Source of the DNA: a virus
DNA: 64,000 bases
Strand: one strand, 5' to 3'
IMG/VR virus record: IMGVR_UViG_3300042914_002167
A program made the translations under genes and the position numbers. Of this stretch, positions 9,709 through 19,666 are shown piece after piece; position 1 is the stretch's first letter; every line of letters begins with the position of its first letter. The notes beneath the pieces were generated by a model. The model saw only the letters and a program-made list of their open reading frames with translations, ran no database searches and was not told the origin of the DNA.

Positions 9709-11152
9709 CATCACAATCTCAAAGATAGATGAAGTACACATAAGAGTCCAGTGCGACAAAGGCATTGCAATGGAACTAAGTGAATACTTTACATTTTATG
9801 TTCCAAACTATAAGTTCATGCCTAGCTTTCGCAATAAGCAATGGGATGGTAAGATTCGTCTGTTCAATACACAGTCTCATTCAATCTATTCTGGGCTTGC
9901 TCCATATGTAGAGAGTTTTTGCAAAGAACGTGAATACACATGTGAGAACGATAGTAGTGTAGACGCAGATGAAGAGTTCTCTGATGACGAAGCAATGACA
10001 TTCATTGATACATTGGGCATACCATTCATGCCAAGAGACTATCAGATGAAAGCGTTTGTCTATGCAATCAGAAAGCGTAGAGGTCTTCTGTTGTCACCAA
10101 CTGCATCTGGCAAGTCACTCATCATCTATCTCATCGCGAGGTATTTGAACTGTAAGACACTCATCATTGTACCGACGATCTCTCTAGTGTCTCAATTGTC
10201 AAAAGACTTCGAAGACTATGGGTGGGATAGCAACGAAAATGTACACAAAATCGTTGCAGGAGCAACGAAGACTACTAATAAGCAAGTTATCATATCAACT
10301 TGGCAGTCCATTTACAAACAACCGAAGGAATGGTTTTCTCAGTTTGATCTTGTCATTGGTGACGAAGCACACTTGTTCAAAGCGCAGTCACTAACATCTA
10401 TATTGTCAAAAATGACAAATTGCGCATATAGATATGGTCTCACTGGCACACTAGATGGAACACAAACACACAAACTAGTTCTTGAAGGTCTATTCGGTAG
10501 AGTCAAGCAAATCACGACAACAAAAGAACTCATTGATGCAGGCAGTCTTGCTAAGTTCAGAATCAAAGCACTTGTTCTAAAGCACGATGCTGCAATCTGC
10601 GCTGAAAACAAGAACAATAAGTATCAAGAAGAGATTGACTACCTTGTATCTTCCGTTGCACGAAACAAGTTCATCAGAAATCTTGCAGTCAGTCTAAAAG
10701 GGAACACACTTGTTCTCTATCAACTCGTTGAGAAGCATGGTAAAGTTCTACACAAGATGATTGATGAGTCTATAGAAGACAGACGATTGTTTTTTGTGCA
10801 TGGTGGAGTAGATGGCGAAGAGCGTGAAGAAGTCAGACTCATCACGGAAGAAGAAAACAATGCGATCATCGTCGCATCTTATGGTACCTTCAGCACTGGA
10901 ATAAATATTCGCAATCTTCACAATGTCATCTTTGCTTCACCTAGCAAAAGTAAGATCAGAACACTTCAATCAATTGGGCGTGGATTGAGACTTGGAAGTA
11001 ATAAAGATGTTGCGACTCTATTTGATATCGCAGATGATATGTCATATAAATCCAAGAAGAACTTCACACTTGATCATTTCATGGAACGCATGAAGATATA
11101 CAACGATGAGAAGTTTGAGTACAAAATTTACACAATTGAACTAAAAGGATGA
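9695..11152 (+). CDS. uvsW: SF2 helicase UvsW
   Basis: SPTASGKS, DEAH, QSIGRGLR; WDGKIRLF at the N-terminus. Confidence 0.95.
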   Translation: MASTDITISKIDEVHIRVQCDKGIAMELSEYFTFYVPNYKFMPSFRNKQWDGKIRLFNTQSHSIYSGLAPYVESFCKEREYTCENDSSVDADEEFSDDEAMTFIDTLGIPFMPRDYQMKAFVYAIRKRRGLLLSPTASGKSLIIYLIARYLNCKTLIIVPTISLVSQLSKDFEDYGWDSNENVHKIVAGATKTTNKQVIISTWQSIYKQPKEWFSQFDLVIGDEAHLFKAQSLTSILSKMTNCAYRYGLTGTLDGTQTHKLVLEGLFGRVKQITTTKELIDAGSLAKFRIKALVLKHDAAICAENKNNKYQEEIDYLVSSVARNKFIRNLAVSLKGNTLVLYQLVEKHGKVLHKMIDESIEDRRLFFVHGGVDGEEREEVRLITEEENNAIIVASYGTFSTGINIRNLHNVIFASPSKSKIRTLQSIGRGLRLGSNKDVATLFDIADDMSYKSKKNFTLDHFMERMKIYNDEKFEYKIYTIELKG

Positions 11153-11153
11153 T

Positions 11154-11549
11154 ATGATTCAAACGGAAGAAGTAGATGGCGGAAGAGTCTTGATTCTGAA
11201 ACTTTCTAGTGGCGAAACAGTTGTTGGATCTGTTGTTAAAGAAACTCAAGGATACATTGAATTGAGTAATCCATTCAAACTGCTTATGGTTTATAATGGA
11301 GCATCAATGAATCTGACTATCATCCGTTGGGACATGGCTATTGACTTTAATTATCCAGTTCGTGTGTTCAAGAACACAATTGTGGCATGTGCTAAACCAA
11401 AAGATGAGATGGTGGCAGCCTACACTGAGGTTGTTGTAAGCGATGCAGACACCAGCGAAGAGGAATCTTCAACAGAAAATGACTTGCAGACTATTCAGGA
11501 TGAGGTCAGTGATCTCATCATGCAAGCTAAAAGAAGTAAACTACATTAA
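11154..11549 (+). CDS. Conserved hypothetical protein (Sm-like)
   Basis: ILKLSSGETVVG; usual position between uvsW and gp55. Confidence 0.6.
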   Translation: MIQTEEVDGGRVLILKLSSGETVVGSVVKETQGYIELSNPFKLLMVYNGASMNLTIIRWDMAIDFNYPVRVFKNTIVACAKPKDEMVAAYTEVVVSDADTSEEESSTENDLQTIQDEVSDLIMQAKRSKLH

Positions 11550-11574
11550 GTATACTTACTCTAACCCTTTGCAG

Positions 11575-11616
11575 AGGGTACACAGTGAATGTAACAGGTT
11601 GTCAAGTGAAAGTCAA
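11575..11616 (-). promoter_or_regulatory. Antisense sigma70-like promoter, copy 1
   Basis: Minus strand reads TTGACT-17-TACATT with an extended TG; near-identical copy at 43683-43723. Confidence 0.6.
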
Positions 11617-11634
11617 TGAAAAATAAGGAATATT

Positions 11635-12225
11635 ATGACAAAATCTAATCATTATGTTGATAACGAAGTCTTCCTAAAGGAGATGACGGAATATAGGAAT
11701 GCAGTGTATGATGCGCAGCAAAACAAACTTGAGCGCCCAAGAGTGCCAAATTACATAGGAACCTGTCTCTTCAAGATTGCCACTCATCTATCACGCAGAC
11801 CAAACTTCGCACGATACACATTCCGAGAAGACATGATTTCCGATGGAGTGGAGAACTGTCTTCTTTACATAGACAACTTTGATCCTGAGAAGTCTAAAAA
11901 TCCATTTGCGTATTTCACACAGATCATCTACTTTGCCTTTTTGCGCCGCATTCAAAAGGAAAAGAAGCACATGTATGTGAAGTATAAGAGCATGGAAAAC
12001 GAAGTCATCAATGCAATCATTGAGAACACTGGTGAGGGTGAAGATATGATTGGATCACAACTCAATGGTTCTATGCACGATTCTTACGCAGAAGAGTTCA
12101 TTCGCGATTTCATTCAGTCTTTTGAGGAGACAAAGCGGAAGAAAACAATTGCAAGAAAGAAAAAAACTGGTATCACTAAGTTTATGGAGGAAGATGATGC
12201 AGACGCCATTGCCAGCACAAATTGA
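11635..12225 (+). CDS. gp55: Late-transcription sigma factor
   Basis: HYVDN, PNFARYTFREDMISDGVENC, NPFAYFTQIIYFAFLRRIQKEK. Confidence 0.96.
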   Translation: MTKSNHYVDNEVFLKEMTEYRNAVYDAQQNKLERPRVPNYIGTCLFKIATHLSRRPNFARYTFREDMISDGVENCLLYIDNFDPEKSKNPFAYFTQIIYFAFLRRIQKEKKHMYVKYKSMENEVINAIIENTGEGEDMIGSQLNGSMHDSYAEEFIRDFIQSFEETKRKKTIARKKKTGITKFMEEDDADAIASTN

Positions 12226-12400
12226 ACATTGGATGAAGATCGTCCACAACAAGAAGTCACATCCCAATCTCAAGGATGATGCGATGTTGCATCTTAGCAC
12301 AATCCGTGATATAATCAATGAAACTTTGACTAAAGGAAAGATGAGATATGAAAATTTGCCTTCTCGGGGATACACACCTAGGCGCGAGAAACGACTCTAA
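12194..12400 (+). CDS. Small hypothetical protein
   Basis: GGAGG SD before ATG 12194; fills the gap between gp55 and gp47. Confidence 0.5.
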   Translation: MMQTPLPAQIEHWMKIVHNKKSHPNLKDDAMLHLSTIRDIINETLTKGKMRYENLPSRGYTPRREKRL

Positions 12401-13415
12401 ACACTTCCATGAATACTTTGAGAAGTTCTATGACTTTTTCTTTTCCTATTTGGATGAACATGCGATAACGACAGTCATCCAACTAGGTGACCTCTTTGAT
12501 CGGCGAAAGTATGTAAACTTCTACACACTCGCTGAGTCAAAGAGATATTTCTTTGATCGTCTTGCTGAAAGGAAGATCAACTTCTATGCTCTCGTTGGCA
12601 ATCATGACATCTTCTGGAAGCACAGTCTTTCCGTCAACTCTCCTGATCTTCTTCTTCAAGAGTATGATAACATCTTCATCCATGACAAACCGACGACACT
12701 GAGGTTTCCTGGGCTATCAATTGATCTTGTTCCTTGGATGTGCAACGAGAACGAAGATGAGATTGCAGCATTCGTAGAAAGTTCAGTCTCTCCAGTTTGC
12801 GTTGGTCATTTTGAACTTGTTGGCTTCCCTCTGATGAAGGGTGTTGAGAGTCATGATGGCATTGAAGCGAAGTTTCTTGACAGATATGATCACGTATACA
12901 GTGGGCACTATCACACACGATCAACAAAAGGAAATGTGACGTACACTGGCACTCCATATGAGTTGGTATGGAGTGACTACAAAGACACCAAAGGATTCTA
13001 CGTCCTAGATACATCTACACATCAAGTTGAGTTTGTAGAGAACACACTACGTATGTTCTACAAGGTATTCTATGATGACTCTAAGTTTGATCTTCAAGAT
13101 GTTCTTGGTACAGACTACAGCAGACTAAAAGATAAGTATGTGAAGATCGTTGTCATGAACAAACAGAATCCGTATGTGTTTGACAAGATGCTAGATGAGA
13201 TTTTCAAAGTGTCGCCCATTGATGTGATGATTGTCGAAGACTTCACTGAGTTGAATACCTCTGGTGAAGATACGGATGTGAATCAAGCTGAAGACACACT
13301 GACATCACTTTATAATTTCATAGATCAACAAACACTCCAAGTGGAATCGCCCAGACTAAAAGCTATTATGCATGAACTGTACATGGAAGCATTGTCGTCG
13401 GAGAACATTGAATGA
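12348..13415 (+). CDS. gp47: Mre11/SbcD-like recombination nuclease
   Basis: DTHLG, GDLFD, GNHD, GHYH. Confidence 0.95.
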   Translation: MKICLLGDTHLGARNDSKHFHEYFEKFYDFFFSYLDEHAITTVIQLGDLFDRRKYVNFYTLAESKRYFFDRLAERKINFYALVGNHDIFWKHSLSVNSPDLLLQEYDNIFIHDKPTTLRFPGLSIDLVPWMCNENEDEIAAFVESSVSPVCVGHFELVGFPLMKGVESHDGIEAKFLDRYDHVYSGHYHTRSTKGNVTYTGTPYELVWSDYKDTKGFYVLDTSTHQVEFVENTLRMFYKVFYDDSKFDLQDVLGTDYSRLKDKYVKIVVMNKQNPYVFDKMLDEIFKVSPIDVMIVEDFTELNTSGEDTDVNQAEDTLTSLYNFIDQQTLQVESPRLKAIMHELYMEALSSENIE

Positions 13416-15127
13416 ATGTTGTTTTTAGAAATGTCCGATGGAAGAATTTCTTGTCAACAGGAAACATCTTCACAGAGATGCAACTTGCTGAAGAGTCTGC
13501 TACACTTGTTGTTGGATCAAATGGTTCTGGCAAGTCAACTATGCTTGACGCAATCTGCTTTGGTCTGTTTGGTAAACCATTCCGGAATGTGAATAAACCA
13601 CAACTTTTGAATTCAATAAATCAAAAGGACTGTGTGGTTGAGGTTGAGTTTGACACTGGCAACAAGTCTTACCGCGTTGTTCGAGGAATGAAACCCAACA
13701 TCTTTGAAATATACTGCAACGGAACTCTTATATCTCAGTCAGCCGCGAATAGAGACTATCAAGAGCATCTAGAAAAGTTCATTCTGAAACTGAACTTCAA
13801 GTCATTCACACAGATCGTGATCCTTGGTTCTGCATCGTTCACTCCGTTCATGCAGTTGACTGCTAACGACAGACGCATGATCATTGAAGACTTGCTAGAC
13901 ATCCAGATTTTCTCTAGGATGAATGGTGTTCTGAAAGAGAAGTACGCAAAACTGAAGGACGACATTGCAGATGTCAAAAGAAAGCATGAGTCTGCTAAAG
14001 ATAAGCATGATATTCTAGTTGAGCATGCTGCAACTCTTGTCAAGGGCAACAAAGACAGAATCCAACAGAAGCGTGATGTTCTTGACAAAGAAAGCACTAC
14101 GATTGCTGCATATGAAAAGCAGATTGAAACGTTGAGTGCCGAGATCGATGACCTGAGAGACAAGACAAAGGATCAAAGTTCCATTCAATCCAAACTTCAG
14201 CGATATGACAACATTGAATCCAATCTGAACAAGACGCTAAAAAAGGTTGCTGCTGACATATCATTGTACACTGAGACTGAAGAGTGCCCAGTTTGCAAGC
14301 AAGGCATTCCACATGAACACAAGAAAGTTCTGATTGATGAGCGAGAGGGCAAGTTGAAAGATGTTGAGAGTGCAATTCAAGACTTGAACAGGAAGTACAA
14401 TCAAGAAGTTGATAGACTGGAAAAGATCAATAAGTTACTGACACAGATGGATGAGAAGTCTAAGGAATGCGCAACTCTTTCTAGAAACTTGACTGCATCT
14501 TACAAGTACATTGGTTCATTGAAAGAAGAACTTGATGAAATGGAAAAGCCACAAGAGGACATCAAAGAGATCAAGACACGAATAGGAGACTTGCAGCATG
14601 AAATGACTTCTGCTGCAATGTCAGAGCAGACATTGACAAGCGAGAAACACTACCTTGATGTTGCGACGAATCTGCTGAAAGACACTGGCATCAAGACAAA
14701 GATCATTAGACAATACATACCTGTGATCAACAAGTTTGTGAACAAGTACCTTTCTGCGATGGACTTCTTTGTGAACTTCACGTTGGATGAATCATTCAAA
14801 GAGACTATCAAGTCAAGGCATCGTGACGATTTCTGTTATGCATCTTTCAGTGAAGGTGAGAAGCAAAGAATTGATATGGCACTGATGTTGACATGGAGAG
14901 CGGTAGCTAAACTGAAGAACTCATCAAACACCAATCTGCTGATTCTGGATGAGGTGTTTGACTCAAGTCTAGACACAAACGGCACAGAAGACTTGATGAA
15001 GATTTTGAATATGCTTGAGAGCACGAATCTATTTGTGATCAGTCATCGAGGTGACATTCTTCAAGACAAGTTTAGGAATGTGATTCGGTTTGAGAAGATG
15101 AACAATTTTTCAAGGATGATAAAATGA
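13412..15127 (+). CDS. gp46: Rad50/SbcC-like ATPase
   Basis: GSNGSGKS, CPVC zinc hook, FSEGEK, LILDE. Confidence 0.95.
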   Translation: MNVVFRNVRWKNFLSTGNIFTEMQLAEESATLVVGSNGSGKSTMLDAICFGLFGKPFRNVNKPQLLNSINQKDCVVEVEFDTGNKSYRVVRGMKPNIFEIYCNGTLISQSAANRDYQEHLEKFILKLNFKSFTQIVILGSASFTPFMQLTANDRRMIIEDLLDIQIFSRMNGVLKEKYAKLKDDIADVKRKHESAKDKHDILVEHAATLVKGNKDRIQQKRDVLDKESTTIAAYEKQIETLSAEIDDLRDKTKDQSSIQSKLQRYDNIESNLNKTLKKVAADISLYTETEECPVCKQGIPHEHKKVLIDEREGKLKDVESAIQDLNRKYNQEVDRLEKINKLLTQMDEKSKECATLSRNLTASYKYIGSLKEELDEMEKPQEDIKEIKTRIGDLQHEMTSAAMSEQTLTSEKHYLDVATNLLKDTGIKTKIIRQYIPVINKFVNKYLSAMDFFVNFTLDESFKETIKSRHRDDFCYASFSEGEKQRIDMALMLTWRAVAKLKNSSNTNLLILDEVFDSSLDTNGTEDLMKILNMLESTNLFVISHRGDILQDKFRNVIRFEKMNNFSRMIK

Positions 15128-15639
15128 TTGAATTGAAAGCACTAGAACTAATTCCAGAAACAAGTGAAATCTTGAAGCAGACGCAGAGAGACTTTGATTT
15201 TGAAAATCTTCCTTACGATCCAAAAGACTTAGCCTTCAAGATGAACGAGTGTATGATCAAGAACAACGGGCTCGGTTTGTCAGCTTGTCAAGTTGGTATT
15301 CGGTACAAAGTGTTCGTCATGCGAGTCGATAGTGTAGAACCTCTCGCAATATTCAATCCTAGGATCGTGAGTGTGTCTGAAAACGAAGTCAGCATGAAAG
15401 AAGGATGCTTGAGTTTTCCTCTTCTGTACATGAACGTCAAGCGCCCAGATGCAGTGAGAATCAGATTTCAGACTGCCGACGGCGAAACAAAGACGCAACA
15501 ATTCATTGGTATGTCCGCTAGGGTTGCATTGCATGAATTGGATCACTTAGATGGAATAACATATTTGAATCGTGCAACATCATTTGAGTTGCAACGTGCC
15601 ACAAGAAAGCGTATGATTTTGAAAAGGAAAGTAAAATGA
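15124..15639 (+). CDS. def: Peptide deformylase
   Basis: GLGLSACQ, EGCLS, HELDHLDG. Confidence 0.93.
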   Translation: MIELKALELIPETSEILKQTQRDFDFENLPYDPKDLAFKMNECMIKNNGLGLSACQVGIRYKVFVMRVDSVEPLAIFNPRIVSVSENEVSMKEGCLSFPLLYMNVKRPDAVRIRFQTADGETKTQQFIGMSARVALHELDHLDGITYLNRATSFELQRATRKRMILKRKVK

Positions 15640-15995
15640 CTAGACTCCAAGGACCAGTTTCAAAGGGGTGGGGAAGTGAAGAGATTTGGGTGTCCAATGA
15701 CAAGTATTGTAGTAAATTTCTAAACTTCCATCAAGACGCAAAGTTCTCAATGCACTTTCATGCGGAGAAAGAAGAGACTTGGTATGTCCTCGAGGGCAGA
15801 TTCATTGTAGAGTGCATTGATACTAAAGATGCGTCAACATATACCAAAACTCTAAAGACGGGTGATGTTTGGCACAATCCACCTCTGCTTCCCCACAGAT
15901 TGACTTGTCTAGAGAAAGGTACTATAATTGAAGTATCTACACCAGACAGTGTGGAAGATAACTATCGTGTATCTAGAGGAGACAGTCAAAGGTGA
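15636..15995 (+). CDS. Cupin-fold protein (sugar isomerase-like)
   Basis: KGWGSEEIW, SMHFHAEKEETWYV, PHRL, IIEVST. Confidence 0.8.
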   Translation: MTRLQGPVSKGWGSEEIWVSNDKYCSKFLNFHQDAKFSMHFHAEKEETWYVLEGRFIVECIDTKDASTYTKTLKTGDVWHNPPLLPHRLTCLEKGTIIEVSTPDSVEDNYRVSRGDSQR

Positions 15996-16390
15996 AGAAG
16001 ATATTTCTGAACGGAACTTTTGATGTTCTTCATCTTGGGCATCTGAAGATTCTCAACTATGCAAAGAGTCTTGGCGATCATCTGATGGTTGCAATAGACA
16101 CAGACAAGCGTATTAGAGAATTGAAAGGCAACAATCGACCGATCAATGATGTATATGAGAGAAAGACTTTTTTGCAGAATCTAAAAGCGGTTGATGAAGT
16201 GCAGGTGTTTGGCAGCGAAGACGATCTAATTCATATTCTTGTTGCGTACAAACCAGACATCATCGTAAAGGGTGGCGATCATCGCGAAACCAGTAAATTG
16301 GCTAAACAGTATTGTAATGAGGTTGTGTTCTATGACAGATTTGGTGACTACTCTTCGACAGCAAAAATACAAAGTATTGCTAATCGGTGA
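15992..16390 (+). CDS. HxGH nucleotidyltransferase (HldE/RfaE domain II, TagD-like)
   Basis: GTFDVLHLGH, KGNNRP, KGGD, YSST; GTG start. Confidence 0.88.
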   Translation: MKKIFLNGTFDVLHLGHLKILNYAKSLGDHLMVAIDTDKRIRELKGNNRPINDVYERKTFLQNLKAVDEVQVFGSEDDLIHILVAYKPDIIVKGGDHRETSKLAKQYCNEVVFYDRFGDYSSTAKIQSIANR

Positions 16391-17096
16391 TACTTGTATA
16401 GACAACTATATCTATGGAACTGTAGATAGAGTTTCACCTGAAGCGCCCATTCCTGTTTTGAAGACGACTGGAAAGCAAGACTTTCGTGGAGGAATGTCGA
16501 GCAATGTACGCAAAAATCTAGAAGCACTTAATTGTGAAGTCAAACACATTAGAGGCAATAAGTCTGTAAAGACAAGATATATTGACGTCAAAAGCGGATA
16601 TCAACTTCTTCGTGTTGACAGTGATGCTGATCAGGTACCTCTTAGGATTGTAGATTGCAATGATGGATATGATGCTATTGTTATATCTGATTATGATAAA
16701 GGATTTATCACATATGACTTTGTAGAAGAGATTAGAAAGTCTTACACAGGACCGATCTTCATAGATACCAAAAAAACAGACCTGGGTAGGTTTGATGGTT
16801 GCTACGTCAAAATCAACGAATCAGAATTTTCTAAAGCAACATCACTTCCATCTGATTACATAGTGACTTTGAGTTCAGAAGGAACACGATGGAATGATAA
16901 AATCTATCCAACAGACAAAGTTGAAGTGCATGATGTGACTGGCGCAGGTGATGTTCATCTCGCATCATTAGCAGTTTTTTATCTGTTTACAGGAAGCATA
17001 GAAAATGCTATTCCTTTTGCAAACAAACTTGCGTCCATCTCCGTTCAACATCAAGGTGTCTATACAATAACTGAAAAGGACATCAATTCATTATGA
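16332..17096 (+). CDS. PfkB-family sugar kinase (HldE/RfaE domain I-like)
   Basis: IGDTCID, RVSPEAPIPV, ISDYDKG, DVTGAGD; start codon uncertain. Confidence 0.88.
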   Translation: MTDLVTTLRQQKYKVLLIGDTCIDNYIYGTVDRVSPEAPIPVLKTTGKQDFRGGMSSNVRKNLEALNCEVKHIRGNKSVKTRYIDVKSGYQLLRVDSDADQVPLRIVDCNDGYDAIVISDYDKGFITYDFVEEIRKSYTGPIFIDTKKTDLGRFDGCYVKINESEFSKATSLPSDYIVTLSSEGTRWNDKIYPTDKVEVHDVTGAGDVHLASLAVFYLFTGSIENAIPFANKLASISVQHQGVYTITEKDINSL

Positions 17097-17539
17097 TGAA
17101 AGAGAAGTACATGTGGGCATTCATGAAGACTGCCCGTATCTTCGGTGATCTTAGCACAGCCGTAAGACGAAAAGTTGGTGCGATTATCGTAAAAGATAAC
17201 CGTATCATTTCCATTGGATACAATGGTATGCCATCTGGCTGGACAAACGAGTGTGAAGATAAGATATACACTCCAGACAAAGTTGAGCCTTTATTGAGAA
17301 CAAAACCAGAGGTTCTGCATGCAGAGTCCAATGCAATCTTGAAACTTGCCCGATCTACAGAAAGTGGTGAGGGTGCTTACATGTTCGTGACTTGTGTTCC
17401 GTGCTTAGAGTGTGCTAAAATGATCTATCAATCTGGCATATCCAAAGTGTTTTATAGCGAACCGTATCGCAACAGTGATGGATTAGATTTCCTACATAAG
17501 TGTAATGTGTATACCGCACATTTGTCATTAGAGGAGTAA
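17093..17539 (+). CDS. cd: dCMP deaminase
   Basis: KVGAIIV, GYNG, HAESNA, PCLECAK. Confidence 0.9.
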   Translation: MMKEKYMWAFMKTARIFGDLSTAVRRKVGAIIVKDNRIISIGYNGMPSGWTNECEDKIYTPDKVEPLLRTKPEVLHAESNAILKLARSTESGEGAYMFVTCVPCLECAKMIYQSGISKVFYSEPYRNSDGLDFLHKCNVYTAHLSLEE

Positions 17540-17542
17540 ATT

Positions 17543-17905
17543 ATGGCTAAGAAACCTGTATTGAAAGAATCAACACAATACGATAGTTTTATCGGAAAGA
17601 AGAGCGAAGCGTCAAAGCCCGCATCTGTATTTGACTTCATGGACTTGGATGAATCTGAACGTCTGTCTTTGGAGCAACAAGAAGACAAAGAATGGAAGAA
17701 GCATTGGGTTGGTATGCCAGAGTACACTCAAGAAAACAACCCAACATACAAGACAATCTATGTCCACTTTCGGAACAAAGATGACTATGAGGAATTTGCT
17801 AAGTTGATTGATCAACACCTCACTGAGAAAACAAAGTCTATTTGGCATCCGAAACTTGATCGGACAGAGAATGCATTGATGCGTTGGATTGAGGAAGAAC
17901 AGTGA
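17543..17905 (+). CDS. Hypothetical protein, likely partner of the downstream glycosyltransferase
   Basis: WVGMPEY, VHFRNKDDYEEFAKLIDQ, TKSIWHP; overlaps the next gene. Confidence 0.6.
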   Translation: MAKKPVLKESTQYDSFIGKKSEASKPASVFDFMDLDESERLSLEQQEDKEWKKHWVGMPEYTQENNPTYKTIYVHFRNKDDYEEFAKLIDQHLTEKTKSIWHPKLDRTENALMRWIEEEQ

Positions 17906-18804
17906 TGAATCCTAGATGGCCAGTCTATATCATCTCAAAGGGTCGCGCAGACTCTATGTTCACTTCTCGTTCGTTGTCGCGAATGAAAGTGCCACACTAC
18001 ATTGCTATTGAGCCTCAAGATGAAGAACTCTATGAGAAAGCCCTAGACAACTTCAGCATCAGAGACTATGTGACTCTGTTGGTTGCTCCTTTCAGCAATC
18101 ACGGTGACGGTCCTGGGCGCGCTAGAAACTGGTGCTGGGATCACTCTATTGAAATTGGAGCAGAAAGGCACTGGGTTTGTGACGATAATATCTCAGACTT
18201 CTATCGGCTGCATCAGAACAAACGTATCCGCGTAGAGTCTGGTGCGATCTTTCGTGCTGCTGAAGACTTTGTAGATCGCTATGAGAATGTTCCCATCGCC
18301 GGCTTTCAGTATCGGTTTTTCATCGCGCCGAATCAAAGTTATCCACCCTATGTGAAGAACACTCGCATATATTCAACCTTACTGATTGACAACAAGTGTA
18401 AGCATCGTTGGCGTGGACGATATAATGAAGACACCGATATTTGCTTGCGGGTACTCAAAGACGGTGACTGCACGATACAATTCAATGCATTCCTACAAGG
18501 AAAAGCGGCCACTCAAACTGTAAAAGGTGGTAATACTGCTGAGTTTTATCATGCTGAGGGCACACAGGACAAGTCAAAGTGGCGAGATGGCACCTTGAAT
18601 CCTGAGGGTACAATCAACAAGTCGCAGATGCTGGTGGACATGCATCCAGATGTCTCCAGAGTCGTTTGGCGCTACGGAAGATGGCACCACTACGTGGACT
18701 ATTCACCTTTCAAGAAAAATGTGTTAAGATACAAGCCTGGAGTTGATGTTCCTAACGGAATCAACAACTACGGCATGCACTTGGAAACAAATTTCAGAGG
18801 ATGA
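17902..18804 (+). CDS. TAGT/GREB1-like glycosyltransferase (putative DNA-base modifying)
   Basis: PVYIISKGRA, ARNWCWDHS, HWVCDDNI, RIYSTLLI, WRGRYNEDTD, KGGNT. Confidence 0.7.
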   Translation: MMNPRWPVYIISKGRADSMFTSRSLSRMKVPHYIAIEPQDEELYEKALDNFSIRDYVTLLVAPFSNHGDGPGRARNWCWDHSIEIGAERHWVCDDNISDFYRLHQNKRIRVESGAIFRAAEDFVDRYENVPIAGFQYRFFIAPNQSYPPYVKNTRIYSTLLIDNKCKHRWRGRYNEDTDICLRVLKDGDCTIQFNAFLQGKAATQTVKGGNTAEFYHAEGTQDKSKWRDGTLNPEGTINKSQMLVDMHPDVSRVVWRYGRWHHYVDYSPFKKNVLRYKPGVDVPNGINNYGMHLETNFRG

Positions 18805-18807
18805 AAA

Positions 18808-19428
18808 ATGCATCTATATAGTGAAAACGGCAGACACATTGGTTGGTTTGATAAGAATTCTGTTATTCAAGCAACTAAAGGTCTTCCTAATGTGATATAT
18901 GGGCTAGCTTGCAGTAAAGAAAAGCCGGACAATTCTGTATTGCCTTGTTTTTATGAGGATACATTCTATATTGGAATGTCTGGCGGAATGCATTACGATA
19001 AGAAAAACAGAAAGTATCCAGGCAGTATTCAAATGAATTCTACCAAGAGAATGTTTCAACATAATAAACATCTCTATAATCCAAGAACTAAAGATAAAAA
19101 GTATAGACTATTTCATGAAAAGTATGCTTTGTTTCATAATGATGATCCAGATTTGATGAATTCAGAATTGAGAGTTTGGTATAGTCTTTCTATTCCAAAT
19201 AAAGACATGAATGAGATTTTAACAAAAGCATTTATGCATATGGTAGAAGATGAGTATATTTACTTCTACATCAAAACATTTGGTAATGTTCCGGTGATGA
19301 ATTTAGACCACAAAAGTAGTTCAGAAAAGATTCAAAATAAATCAAATAGAGTCGATAGGAGAGTGCCAAATACACTTTCGCATGATGTTATGAAAGGAAA
19401 TACGCTCTCTGAATTTCTTGTTGCATAA
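18808..19428 (+). CDS. GIY-YIG-like hypothetical protein
   Basis: VIYG...FYIGMS...KRMFQH...E...PVMN; visibly AT-rich. Confidence 0.45.
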   Translation: MHLYSENGRHIGWFDKNSVIQATKGLPNVIYGLACSKEKPDNSVLPCFYEDTFYIGMSGGMHYDKKNRKYPGSIQMNSTKRMFQHNKHLYNPRTKDKKYRLFHEKYALFHNDDPDLMNSELRVWYSLSIPNKDMNEILTKAFMHMVEDEYIYFYIKTFGNVPVMNLDHKSSSEKIQNKSNRVDRRVPNTLSHDVMKGNTLSEFLVA

Positions 19429-19491
19429 AAACAACATAGTTGACTAATCCACTCAACTACCGCTTGACCCACCTCCTCATCCATGTATAGT
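19419..19491 (+). promoter_or_regulatory. Early promoter with palindromic TGTTG-N8-CAACA box
   Basis: Box 19419-19436; TTGACC-16-TATAGT at 19464-19491. Confidence 0.65.
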
Positions 19492-19516
19492 AGTACCTGT
19501 GATGAGAGAGGTTCTA

Positions 19517-19657
19517 ATGATTCCAAACGACACGATCCCAGCCCAAGAGTGGGATGATGCTTTCGCCGATATGCCGCTGGAAGAAACCTCGGCTTATCGT
19601 GACTGGCTGGCGCGGTTCGAGGCTGAAGCCTTGGCTGCTTGTGAATTCGATATCTGA
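19517..19657 (+). CDS. Small acidic early protein (46 aa; not in the ORF track)
   Basis: SD GAGAGG; MIPNDTIPAQEWDDAFADMPLEETSAYRDWLARFEAEALAACEFDI. Confidence 0.6.
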   Translation: MIPNDTIPAQEWDDAFADMPLEETSAYRDWLARFEAEALAACEFDI

Positions 19658-19666
19658 GAGGTTATC

